Shown piece by piece: positions 27,183 through 35,708 of a DNA stretch of 64,000 nt (position 1 is its first letter; each line of letters begins with the position of its first letter). The stretch is from assembly GCA_964244175.1 (NCBI GenBank), contig CAXTHY010000009.1:29-64028 (forward strand). Direction: 5' to 3'. This DNA comes from an uncultured Jatrophihabitans sp. Its GTDB lineage: Bacteria; Actinomycetota; Actinomycetes; Mycobacteriales; Jatrophihabitantaceae. The translations under genes were made by a program, and so were the position numbers. The notes beneath the pieces were generated by a model. That model saw only the letters and a program-made list of their open reading frames with translations. It made no database searches and was not told where the DNA came from.

Positions 27183-28199
27183 ATGGAATTCAGATACCTC
27201 GGCGGCTCCGGCCTGCAGATCTCAGAGATCACCTACGGCAACTGGCTCACCCACGGCTCGCAGGTCGAGAACGACGTCGCGACGCAGTGCGTACGGGCCG
27301 CTCTCGACGCCGGCATCACCACGTTCGACACCGCTGACGCGTATGCGAACGGCGCCGCCGAACAGGTGCTCGGCGCGGCGCTGAAGGGCGAGCGGCGCGA
27401 ATCGCTCGAGGTGTTCACCAAGGTGTACGCGCCGGTCGGGCCCGACCCCAAGGGCAAGAACGACACCGGCCTGTCGCGCAAGCACATCCTGGAAGGCATC
27501 GACGGGTCGTTGCGGCGCCTGCAGATGGATCATGTCGACCTCTACCAGGCGCACCGCTACGACACGTTCACGCCGCTGGAGGAAACGATGCAGGCCTTCG
27601 CCGACGTCGTGCGCGCCGGCAAGGCGCTCTACATCGGCGTCAGCGAGTGGACGGCCGAGCAGATCCGCGCCGGGCACGCGTTGGCCCAGCAGTTCGGCGT
27701 CTCGCTGGTGTCGAACCAGCCGCAGTACTCGATGCTGTGGCGCGTCATCGAGGACGAGGTCGTGCCGACCTCGCGCGCCCTGGGGCTCGGGCAGATCGTC
27801 TGGTCGCCGATCGCCCAGGGCGTGCTCACGGGCAAGTACCAGCCGGGCGAGGATGCGCCCGAGGGTTCGCGCGCGACCGATACCAAGGGCGGCGCCGACA
27901 TGATCTCGCGCTGGATGAGCGACGACGTCCTGACCCGGGTGCAGGAACTGCGTCCGATCGCCGACGACCTCGGGCTGTCGATGGCGGCGCTGGCCGTGGC
28001 CTGGGTGCTGCAGAACGACAACGTCTCGGCCGCGATCATCGGCGCGTCCCGTCCGGAGCAGGTGGGCGAGAACGCGAAGGCCGCGGGCGTCACGATCCCC
28101 GACGACGCGCTCAACCGGATCGACCAGGTACTCGGCGACGCGGTCACCCGCGATCCGGCCACGGTGGCGAAATCGACGCCGAAACGACGCGCCGTCTGA
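27183..28199 (+). CDS. Aldo/keto reductase (Kv-beta-like subgroup)
   Basis: MEFRYLGGSGLQISEITYGNW, FDTADAYANGAAE, and a conserved C-terminal IIGASRPEQV. Confidence 0.9.
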   Translation: MEFRYLGGSGLQISEITYGNWLTHGSQVENDVATQCVRAALDAGITTFDTADAYANGAAEQVLGAALKGERRESLEVFTKVYAPVGPDPKGKNDTGLSRKHILEGIDGSLRRLQMDHVDLYQAHRYDTFTPLEETMQAFADVVRAGKALYIGVSEWTAEQIRAGHALAQQFGVSLVSNQPQYSMLWRVIEDEVVPTSRALGLGQIVWSPIAQGVLTGKYQPGEDAPEGSRATDTKGGADMISRWMSDDVLTRVQELRPIADDLGLSMAALAVAWVLQNDNVSAAIIGASRPEQVGENAKAAGVTIPDDALNRIDQVLGDAVTRDPATVAKSTPKRRAV

Positions 28200-28235
28200 C
28201 CGAGCGCCGGCAGCTGCGCAAGATCGTCACCAGCA

Positions 28236-28427
28236 TCAGTCGGGCGTCTGCACCGACTCGCGCTTTGTCTTCTCCGGTTGCGCGGTGCGCTCATCGGAAT
28301 CCTCGAGCACCGCGCGCGCCTGCGCCTGCGGGTCGTCGCTGCCGACCGCCTGCTCCTCAGGCAGCAGGGTCGCGCGTTCGTCGGTCCGGCTCTGGTCCGG
28401 CTGGGTGTCGTCGGTCGGCTCACTCAT
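28236..28427 (-). CDS. Small acidic hypothetical protein (about 63 aa)
   Basis: MSEPTDDTQPDQSRTDERATLLPEEQAVGSDDPQAQARAVLEDSDERTAQPEKTKRESVQTPD. Codon usage is consistent with coding, but there is no recognisable family. Its start overlaps the divergent PLD start. Confidence 0.35.
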   Translation of the reverse strand: MSEPTDDTQPDQSRTDERATLLPEEQAVGSDDPQAQARAVLEDSDERTAQPEKTKRESVQTPD

Positions 28428-30030
28428 GCCCATCCCGTACCCACGGTTGCTCGCCTTCCCACACCGCTCGCCCGGCGTTGTCGGTGGGGCGGCGTTGACT
28501 GGAGCCGTGCCACCCGCATACTTCCCCCCTGCGAGCGACGAGTGCCCCACCTTCGTCGACGACAGCGAATGGCATCCGCTGGTCGACGGCGAGGAGTACT
28601 TCGGGCAACTCGACGCCTTGGTGCGCGACCTGGGTGCGGGCGACGCCGTGCTGATCGCCAGCCTGACTGTCGACCCGGGCATCGACCTGCACGGCCGGCG
28701 GCCGGGCGACGACGGGTACCTGCCATTGGGCGAACTGCTCGCCCGCGCGGCCGATCGCGGCGCGCTGGTGCGCGTCCTGGTCGCCGGGCGGGTACTCGCC
28801 TCGTCCCTGCCAACCTCGGCGCTCGGCGACTTCCGCGGGAACACCCATCGGGCCCGGCTGATGCGGTCCTGGCAACCGGAGGGCTCCCACTCGACACCGC
28901 TCGACGGAAACGTGATCGTCGACTTCGGGGGGTCGCTACCCGGTTCGAACCACCAGAAGGTCGTCGTGGTGTCCAAGGGCGGCGCGCTGACCGCGTTCGT
29001 CGGCGGCATCGACCTCGAGGACAACCGGTACGACGCCGCCCCCCACGATCGTCTGCGTCACAAGGGCGCACGGTGGGGCTGGCACGACCTGGTCGTACGG
29101 GTGCGCGGACCGGCGGCCGAACGCGTCTGGCGCATCCTCGCGGTGCGCTGGGCCGAGGCGACGACGTTGCCGCGCAAGCGCTACCGGCCCGACCCACTGC
29201 ACCTGGTCCCGCTCAACCCCGGCACCCTCGCCGCCCCACCCCCCGAACCCGAGCCCCAAGCGCCCGTCGTGGCCCAAGGAACTTCGGTGCGGGTGCTGCG
29301 CTCACTAGCCCGGCGCAAGTTCGAGTCCCTGCTACCGGGCCGCAGCATCAAGTGGGACGTCCTCCCCGACTCGGGCTACCAGCAGATCTTCGAGACGTTG
29401 ACGACGGCGATCGACGCCGCGCAGCGCTACGTCTACATCGAGGACCAGTACCTCGGCGAAGAACTCGGCGGCCGCAAACGCTACGAGCTGTACCCGCACC
29501 TGCGCGCGGCCGCCGCCCGTGGGGTGAAGCTGATCTTCGTCGGCTCGGGCACCCGTGATCCCGACGACCCGGGCTTTCACCCCCGCCCCATCAACCGGTC
29601 GCTCAACAGCGACCTGCGCACCAAGATCGTCGAGCCGCTCGACCGCGTCGACCGCGCCAACGTCGCCGTGTACCGGATCGAGCACGCCACTGTCCACGCC
29701 AAGCTCGTCATGATCGACGACGCCTTCGCCTGCATCGGTTCGGCCAACATGTTCAGCCGCTCGATGGGCGGGGTCGACAACGAGATCAGCGCGGCCGTGC
29801 AGACGAGCACCTCACTGGTGCGCGAGCTGCGCGTGCGCATCTGGGCCGAGCATCTGCGTACTCCGTTGACCGACGACGTACGAGCCGCGCTGGACGAGCT
29901 CGACCTCGCGCTCGGTATCTGGGACGAGCGGTGGCTGCCGCTGGGGGCCCCGGCCGTCACCTGGCGCAAGCGGGGCGAGCCCGCCGGGTTCGCACCGACC
30001 GAGACGGTCCTGCGTCGGGTGGACGAGTAG
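28426..30030 (+). CDS. Phospholipase D-like (two-HKD) family protein
   Basis: Two HKD motifs: HQKVVVVSKGGALTAFVGGIDL and HAKLVMIDDAFACIGSANMFSRS. Start uncertain (ATG 28426 or GTG 28507). Confidence 0.8.
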   Translation: MPIPYPRLLAFPHRSPGVVGGAALTGAVPPAYFPPASDECPTFVDDSEWHPLVDGEEYFGQLDALVRDLGAGDAVLIASLTVDPGIDLHGRRPGDDGYLPLGELLARAADRGALVRVLVAGRVLASSLPTSALGDFRGNTHRARLMRSWQPEGSHSTPLDGNVIVDFGGSLPGSNHQKVVVVSKGGALTAFVGGIDLEDNRYDAAPHDRLRHKGARWGWHDLVVRVRGPAAERVWRILAVRWAEATTLPRKRYRPDPLHLVPLNPGTLAAPPPEPEPQAPVVAQGTSVRVLRSLARRKFESLLPGRSIKWDVLPDSGYQQIFETLTTAIDAAQRYVYIEDQYLGEELGGRKRYELYPHLRAAAARGVKLIFVGSGTRDPDDPGFHPRPINRSLNSDLRTKIVEPLDRVDRANVAVYRIEHATVHAKLVMIDDAFACIGSANMFSRSMGGVDNEISAAVQTSTSLVRELRVRIWAEHLRTPLTDDVRAALDELDLALGIWDERWLPLGAPAVTWRKRGEPAGFAPTETVLRRVDE

Positions 30031-30101
30031 GCCGCGCCAGCTCGAGGTGAGTCGAGACCGCCGCTGACGTCTGGGGCCGAGCGTTCTGCCACGCTGCTGA
30101 C

Positions 30102-31256
30102 ATGGATCCGTTGTTCGCACCCGTGTTCGGGGCGACGGCCGTGTCGACGGCCACCGACAGTCGCGCGTGGCTGGGTGCGCTGTGCGAGGTCGAGACCGCG
30201 CTGGCCCGCGCCTGCGCCCGCGCCGGGCTGATCGAGACGGTGACCGCGCTCGAGATCGCCGCGGTTGCCGACGAGCTCGGCCGCGGCGATCCGGCCGAGC
30301 TGGGGCGCGACGCCGTCGCCGGCGGCAACCCGGTCATCGCGCTGGTTGCCCGGCTACGCCGCGCCGTGGCCGCCCGCGCCGGCGACGACGCGGCCGCGGC
30401 CGTCCACCTCGGCGCCACCAGTCAAGACATCATCGACACCGCGATGATGCTCGTCGCGCAGCGCGCGACCGGGGTCATCACCGCCGGCCTCGGGGCGTGC
30501 GCCGACGCCGCCGCCACCATGGCCGGCGAGCACCGCGACACCCCGATGGCCGGCCGAACGCTGCTGCAACAGGGCGTCGCGACGAGCTTCGGCGCCCTCG
30601 CCGCGGTATGGGGCGCCGGGCTCGACCGGGCCGGCGCCCGGCTGGCCGACGTGCGCGCGACGCTGCCCGTCCAGCTCGGCGGGGCCGCCGGCACGCTCGC
30701 GCCGCTGTACCCGCACGGGCCGGCGGTGCGGGCGGCGTTGGCCGACGAACTCGGCCTGGCCGACCCGCACGCGGTCTGGCACACCGAGCGCACCCGCATC
30801 GCCGAGCTGGCCGGCGCGCTGGGCGGAGCCTCGGTGGCGATCGGCAAGGTCGCCGGCGATCTGGTGCTGCTGGCCCAGACCGAGATCGGCGAGGTGCGCG
30901 AGGCCGCGCCGGGCGGTTCGTCGGCGATGGCCCACAAGCAGAACCCCGTCGCGGCGGTGACTGCGCGCGCCGGGGCCGCCCGCGCACCCGGCCTGGTCGC
31001 CACGCTGCTCACGGCCGGAGCACACGAGCTGCAGCGCGCGGCCGGCCCGTGGCACGCCGAGTGGCCGACGCTGACGGAGCTGCTGACGGCCGTCGGCGGC
31101 GCGACGTCACGGCTGGGCGACGCACTGCGCGGCCTGCAGATCGACCCGTCGGCCATGGCTGGCAATCTCGCGTTGCTAGCCGGGTACGTCGACGTCACCA
31201 ACCTTGGCCACGCGAGTGACCTCGTGGACGACTACCTCTCCGGGAGGACACCGTGA
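30102..31256 (+). CDS. pcaB: 3-carboxy-cis,cis-muconate cycloisomerase (fumarate-lyase superfamily)
   Basis: Signature GGSSAMAHKQNPV. N-terminal LFAPVFG...AWLGALCEVETALARA is typical of PcaB. 4-nt overlap with pcaL. Confidence 0.75.
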   Translation: MDPLFAPVFGATAVSTATDSRAWLGALCEVETALARACARAGLIETVTALEIAAVADELGRGDPAELGRDAVAGGNPVIALVARLRRAVAARAGDDAAAAVHLGATSQDIIDTAMMLVAQRATGVITAGLGACADAAATMAGEHRDTPMAGRTLLQQGVATSFGALAAVWGAGLDRAGARLADVRATLPVQLGGAAGTLAPLYPHGPAVRAALADELGLADPHAVWHTERTRIAELAGALGGASVAIGKVAGDLVLLAQTEIGEVREAAPGGSSAMAHKQNPVAAVTARAGAARAPGLVATLLTAGAHELQRAAGPWHAEWPTLTELLTAVGGATSRLGDALRGLQIDPSAMAGNLALLAGYVDVTNLGHASDLVDDYLSGRTP

Positions 31257-32374
31257 GTCTCGCCTACCGCATCGACGGCTCCGGCGATGCGCCACCGCTG
31301 ATGCTGCTCAATTCGCTCGGCACGACGACCGAGATGTGGGACCCATGCCTGGGCCCGCTGGCCGAGCGCTTCCGGGTTGTCCGCATCGACACCCGCGGGC
31401 ATGGCGGGTCGGCGCCCCAGCCGCCGTCCGACGGCGTCACCATGGCTGACCTGGCCCGCGACGTCCTCGATGCCCTCGACGCGCTCGAACTGGGGCGGGT
31501 GCACATCGCGGGTGTGTCGGTCGGCGGCATGACCGCGATGTGGCTCGCCGTACATCACCCGGAGCGGGTGGGGCGGCTCGGGCTGATCTGCACCTCGGCC
31601 GCGCCGCCGAACCGCGACGCCTACTGGTCGCGGGCCCGCAACGTGCGCAGCGAAGGGATGTCGGCCGCGGTGGGCGCGGCCGACCGGTGGCTGACAGCCG
31701 GGCTGCGCGACCGCGAACCCGTGCTCTACGGCACGTTGCGGGCCATGCTGACGGGCATCGACGCCGAGAGCTACGCCGAATGCTGCGAGGCGATCGCGTC
31801 CTTCGACATCACGCCCGACCTCGCCCGCATCGCGGCACCGACCCTCGTCATCGCCGGACACGAGGACGAGGCGCTGCCGGTCGAGCACGGCCAGCTGGTC
31901 GCGTCGTCGGTGGCCGGTGCCCGCTACGTCGAGCTCAGCCCGGCCGCGCACATCCCCACCTACGAACAGGGCGGCCCGCTGGCCGCGTTGCTGCTCGACC
32001 ACTTCGGGGGCAACCCGGCGCTGGCCGCCGGCTACACCATGCGGCGCGCGGTGCTCGGCGACGAGCACGTCGACCGCGCGGTCGAGGGCACCACCCCGTT
32101 CACCGCGCCGTTCCAGGACTTCATCACCCGCTACGCGTGGGGCGAGGTGTGGTCGCGGCCCGGGCTCGACAAGCGGGAACGCTCGCTGCTCACGCTCGCC
32201 TGTCTCGTCACGCTCGGGGCCGAGGACGAGCTCGCGATGCACGTGCGCGGCGCCGTCCGCAACGGGTTGAGCGCCGACGAGATCGCCGAAGCGCTACTGC
32301 ACACCGCGCTCTACGCCGGGCTGCCGCGCGCCAACCGCGCCGTCGCCATCGCCCGCGACACTCTCGCCGAGTGA
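31253..32374 (+). CDS. pcaL: Fused 3-oxoadipate enol-lactonase / 4-carboxymuconolactone decarboxylase
   Basis: N-terminal alpha/beta hydrolase (LLNSLGTTTEMWDP, GVSVGGM) plus a C-terminal CMD domain (WSRPGLDKRERSLLTLACL...HTALYAGLP). Confidence 0.85.
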   Translation: MSLAYRIDGSGDAPPLMLLNSLGTTTEMWDPCLGPLAERFRVVRIDTRGHGGSAPQPPSDGVTMADLARDVLDALDALELGRVHIAGVSVGGMTAMWLAVHHPERVGRLGLICTSAAPPNRDAYWSRARNVRSEGMSAAVGAADRWLTAGLRDREPVLYGTLRAMLTGIDAESYAECCEAIASFDITPDLARIAAPTLVIAGHEDEALPVEHGQLVASSVAGARYVELSPAAHIPTYEQGGPLAALLLDHFGGNPALAAGYTMRRAVLGDEHVDRAVEGTTPFTAPFQDFITRYAWGEVWSRPGLDKRERSLLTLACLVTLGAEDELAMHVRGAVRNGLSADEIAEALLHTALYAGLPRANRAVAIARDTLAE

Positions 32375-32448
32375 CCTGGGCCCCGCGCTCGGTCCGCGCA
32401 ACCCGCCCCGCCGCGTCCGGCCGCGATCAACCGGACCCTCCTCTCGAC

Positions 32449-32556
32449 GCTTTGCTCTGCTCACCTATACCGAGCGCTCGATCACACCGAGCAGAGCAAA
32501 GCGATCACAAACAGGTACCCCGCCCGCTGAGCACCCGAGCGCCGCTGAGCACCCGA
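32449..32556. repeat. Composite intergenic repeat: a 14-bp inverted repeat plus a tandem pair of the palindromic-element terminus motif
   Basis: GCTTTGCTCTGCTC (32449-32462) pairs with GAGCAGAGCAAAGC (32489-32502). GCTGAGCACCCGA occurs twice, 18 nt apart (32526-32538 and 32544-32556). Confidence 0.6.
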
Positions 32557-32632
32557 ACGCCGCGCGCGGTAGTAACTTGCCTCGCTAGTTTGAGGGCACC
32601 GGCCGTCGCGGTCGCCACTTGGAGGTTCTCTC

Positions 32633-33556
32633 ATGCGCGTACTTGTCACCGGCGCGTCCGGCTGGATCGGCTCGGCCGTCGTGCCCGAGCTCATCGGCGC
32701 GGGCCATCAGGTCGTCGGGCTGGCTCGCTCGGACGCCTCAGCTGCTGCCCTCGTCGCCGCCGAAGCGCAAGTGCAGCTCGGCACTCTCGACGACCTCGAC
32801 GGCCTGCGCACTGCCGCGGCGGCAGCCGACGGCGTCATCCACCTGGCGTTCAAGCACGACCTTGCGTTCTCCGGGAACTTCCAGGGCGCGGCCGACGCTG
32901 ATCGCGCGGCGATCGACGCGTTCGGTGACGTGCTGGCCGGCACCGACCGGCCGTTCGTGATCGCGTCCGGCCTGCTCGGGCTCGCTCCCGGCCGAGTGAG
33001 CACCGAACGGGACGGGCACGGTTCCGACTCGGACGCGCCACCCCTGACCGGTGGCCCGCAGACCCGGATGGCCAATGCCGAGACGACGCTCTCGTTCGCT
33101 GCGCGCGGCGTGCGCTCGTCCGTGGTGCGCCTTGCGCCGACAGTGCACGGCGACGGCGACACCGGGTTCGTGGCCACGCTGGTGGGTATCGCTCGCGACA
33201 AGGGGGTGTCCGGATACCTCGGCGACGGATCCAACCGCTGGCCCGCCGTCCACCGCCTCGATGCCGCCCGCCTGTTCCGTCTGGCTCTGGAGGAGGCGCC
33301 GGCGGGATCGACGCTGCACGCCGCTGCCGACGAAGGTGTGCCGATTCGCGAGATCGCCGACGTGATCGGGCGGCACCTCGACCTGCCGGTGGTGGCGATC
33401 TCAGCCGATGACGCCGCCGCGCACTTCACGTGGCTGGCGCACTTCGTGGCCGCCGACAGCCCGGCCTCAAGCAGACTCACCCGCGAGCAGATGGGCTGGG
33501 AGCCGAGCCATCCTGGTCTCATCGACGACCTCGACGAAGGGCACTACTTCCGCTGA
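32633..33556 (+). CDS. NAD(P)-dependent epimerase/dehydratase-type (atypical SDR) protein
   Basis: MRVLVTGASGWIGSAVVPELIGAGHQVVGLAR (Rossmann GxxGxxG). GGAGG RBS at 32621-32625. Confidence 0.8.
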   Translation: MRVLVTGASGWIGSAVVPELIGAGHQVVGLARSDASAAALVAAEAQVQLGTLDDLDGLRTAAAAADGVIHLAFKHDLAFSGNFQGAADADRAAIDAFGDVLAGTDRPFVIASGLLGLAPGRVSTERDGHGSDSDAPPLTGGPQTRMANAETTLSFAARGVRSSVVRLAPTVHGDGDTGFVATLVGIARDKGVSGYLGDGSNRWPAVHRLDAARLFRLALEEAPAGSTLHAAADEGVPIREIADVIGRHLDLPVVAISADDAAAHFTWLAHFVAADSPASSRLTREQMGWEPSHPGLIDDLDEGHYFR

Positions 33557-33588
33557 AGCGGTTCCGGCCGGCCTAGGACGGCGCGCGG

Positions 33589-34311
33589 TCAGGCCTCGAG
33601 GGCGGCCTGGGAACGGTCCTTGATCTTGACCCCCGACTCCCCCAGCTCGAACGACGCAGTCAACAGACCGGCGACCGCGTTGGCCGCCTTGGCGTAGCTC
33701 AGGCCGCCAGGCTGGTGCACGTTCGACACGCAATTGCGTTCGGCGTCGCTGCGCCCGGCCCGCGGCGCGTAGGTCAGGTAGCAGCCCAGGCTGTCGTTGA
33801 CCGACAGGCCCGGACGCTCGCCGATCAGCACCAGCACCGCGCGCGCGGCCAGCGCCGCGCCGATGTAGTCGCCGATGCCGACGCGGGCCTGCGTCGCGAT
33901 CACCGGTGCGGCCATGGTGCCGTCCCACCGTTCGCGCAGGGCTGCGATCACGGGTGCCGCGTGGGCCGACACCGCCCGCGCGGACAGCCCGTCCGCGCAG
34001 ACAACCACCAGGTCGGACGGGTCGCCGGAGGCCTCGAGCGGCGCACTGAGTTCGCGACCGAGATCGGGCCGGCGCAGGTACTGCGCCCGCGTCGCGGCCT
34101 GGCTGGCGACGACCACCGGGTCGCCCAGGTCGAGCGCCGCCAGCTGCGACACCAGATCGTCGACGTCGAGCTCGTCGTGCACCGCGTCGCGGGCGGCGGC
34201 GTGGGCGGCGCGGAAGCGCAGGTCGGCGCTGGTCGGCAACCCGTTGCCGGAGCGCCCGAGCCCGATGCGCGCCTGGGTGGTGCGGCGCAGTTCGTCCCAG
34301 AACGAGGTCAT
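33589..34311 (-). CDS. eutC: Ethanolamine ammonia-lyase, small subunit
   Basis: 240 aa. N-terminal WDELRRTTQARIGLGRSGNGLPT is typical of EutC. ATGA overlap with eutB. Confidence 0.85.
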   Translation of the reverse strand: MTSFWDELRRTTQARIGLGRSGNGLPTSADLRFRAAHAAARDAVHDELDVDDLVSQLAALDLGDPVVVASQAATRAQYLRRPDLGRELSAPLEASGDPSDLVVVCADGLSARAVSAHAAPVIAALRERWDGTMAAPVIATQARVGIGDYIGAALAARAVLVLIGERPGLSVNDSLGCYLTYAPRAGRSDAERNCVSNVHQPGGLSYAKAANAVAGLLTASFELGESGVKIKDRSQAALEA

Positions 34312-35708
34312 CGGCCGATGGCCAGCAGCGGCGAGGCCTCGACCGGCAGGACCGTCCCGGCGTCGTCGATCATGCCGAGGCCGCGCAGCCAGACCTCGAA
34401 CTCTGGGGCCGGCCGCAGTCCCAGCGCGCGGCGCACGTAGAGCGCGTCGTGGAAGGACGTGCTCTGGTAGCCGAGCATCACGTCGTCGGCCCCGGGCACC
34501 GCGATGACGTAGGTGCAGCCGGCGACGCCCAGCAGGGTGAGCAGCGTGTCCATGTCGTCCTGGTCGGCCTCGGCGTGATTGGTGTAGCAGACGTCGACGC
34601 CCATCGGCAGGCCGAGCAGCTTGCCGCAGAAGTGGTCCTCGAGCCCGGCCCGCACGATCTGCTTGCCGTCGTAGAGGTACTCCGGGCCGATGAAACCCAC
34701 GACGGTGTTGACGATGAGCGGTTCCAGATGCCGCGCCAACCCGTAGGCCCGGGCCTCCAGCGTCTGCTGGTCGACCGGCCGACCGTCGACGCCCAGATGC
34801 GCATTGGCCGACAGCGACGAGCCTTGACCGGTCTCGAAGTACATGACGTTGTTGCCCACCGTGCCGCGCTCGAGCCCGAGGGCGGCCGCGCGCGCCTCGT
34901 CCAGCACGGCCAGGTCGACGCCGAACGCCGTGTTCGTCCCCTGCGTGCCGCCGATCGACTGGAACACCAGATCGACCGGCGCCCCCTGCTCGATCAGCTC
35001 CAGCGTCGTCGTCACGTGGGCGAGCACGCAGGTCTGGGTCGGGATCTCGTAGCGCGCGCGGATGTCGTCGAGCAGGTGCAGCAGGTCGCGGGTCGCGGTG
35101 GGCGAGTCCGAGGCCGGGTTGACGCCGAGCACGGCATCACCGCAGCCGAGCAACAGGCCGTCGAGCGTTGCCGCGGCCACGCCCCGCGGATCGTCGGTGG
35201 GGTGGTTCGGCTGCAGCCGGGTGGCCAACCGGCCGGGCAGGCCGAGGGTGTCGCGGAAGGCCGTCGTCACACGCACGCACTGCGCGACCGCGATGAGGTC
35301 CTGGTTGCGCATCAACTTGCTGACCGCGGCCACCATCTCGGGCATCAGCCCCGGCGCCAGCGCCGCCAAGCCGGCGGCGGCGTTCGGCCCGGCCGCGGTC
35401 TCGAGCAGCCAGTCGCGCAAGCCGCCCACGGTCAGGTGTGACACGGCGGCGAAGGCCCGGTGGTCGAAGGTGTCGATGATCAGCCGGCTGACCTCGTCAT
35501 CGTCATAGGGCACGACGAGGTCGTCGAGGAACGCGGTGAGCGGCACCTCGGCCAGCGCCCACTGCGCGGCCGCCCGCTCGGCCGCCGACTCGGCTGCGCA
35601 ACCGGCCAACTCGTCACCGGAGCGCTGCGGGCTGGCCTTGGCCAAGAGCTCGACCAGTCCGCGGAACCGGTAGCCGTGCCCGTCGAGCTGCTGCGTGTAG
35701 ACCGTCAC
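34308..35708 (-). CDS. eutB: Ethanolamine ammonia-lyase, large subunit
   Basis: 466 aa, EutB-like throughout (YRFRGLVELLAKASPQRSGDELAG...). GTGA overlap with the permease gene. Confidence 0.9.
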   Translation of the reverse strand: MTVYTQQLDGHGYRFRGLVELLAKASPQRSGDELAGCAAESAAERAAAQWALAEVPLTAFLDDLVVPYDDDEVSRLIIDTFDHRAFAAVSHLTVGGLRDWLLETAAGPNAAAGLAALAPGLMPEMVAAVSKLMRNQDLIAVAQCVRVTTAFRDTLGLPGRLATRLQPNHPTDDPRGVAAATLDGLLLGCGDAVLGVNPASDSPTATRDLLHLLDDIRARYEIPTQTCVLAHVTTTLELIEQGAPVDLVFQSIGGTQGTNTAFGVDLAVLDEARAAALGLERGTVGNNVMYFETGQGSSLSANAHLGVDGRPVDQQTLEARAYGLARHLEPLIVNTVVGFIGPEYLYDGKQIVRAGLEDHFCGKLLGLPMGVDVCYTNHAEADQDDMDTLLTLLGVAGCTYVIAVPGADDVMLGYQSTSFHDALYVRRALGLRPAPEFEVWLRGLGMIDDAGTVLPVEASPLLAIGR

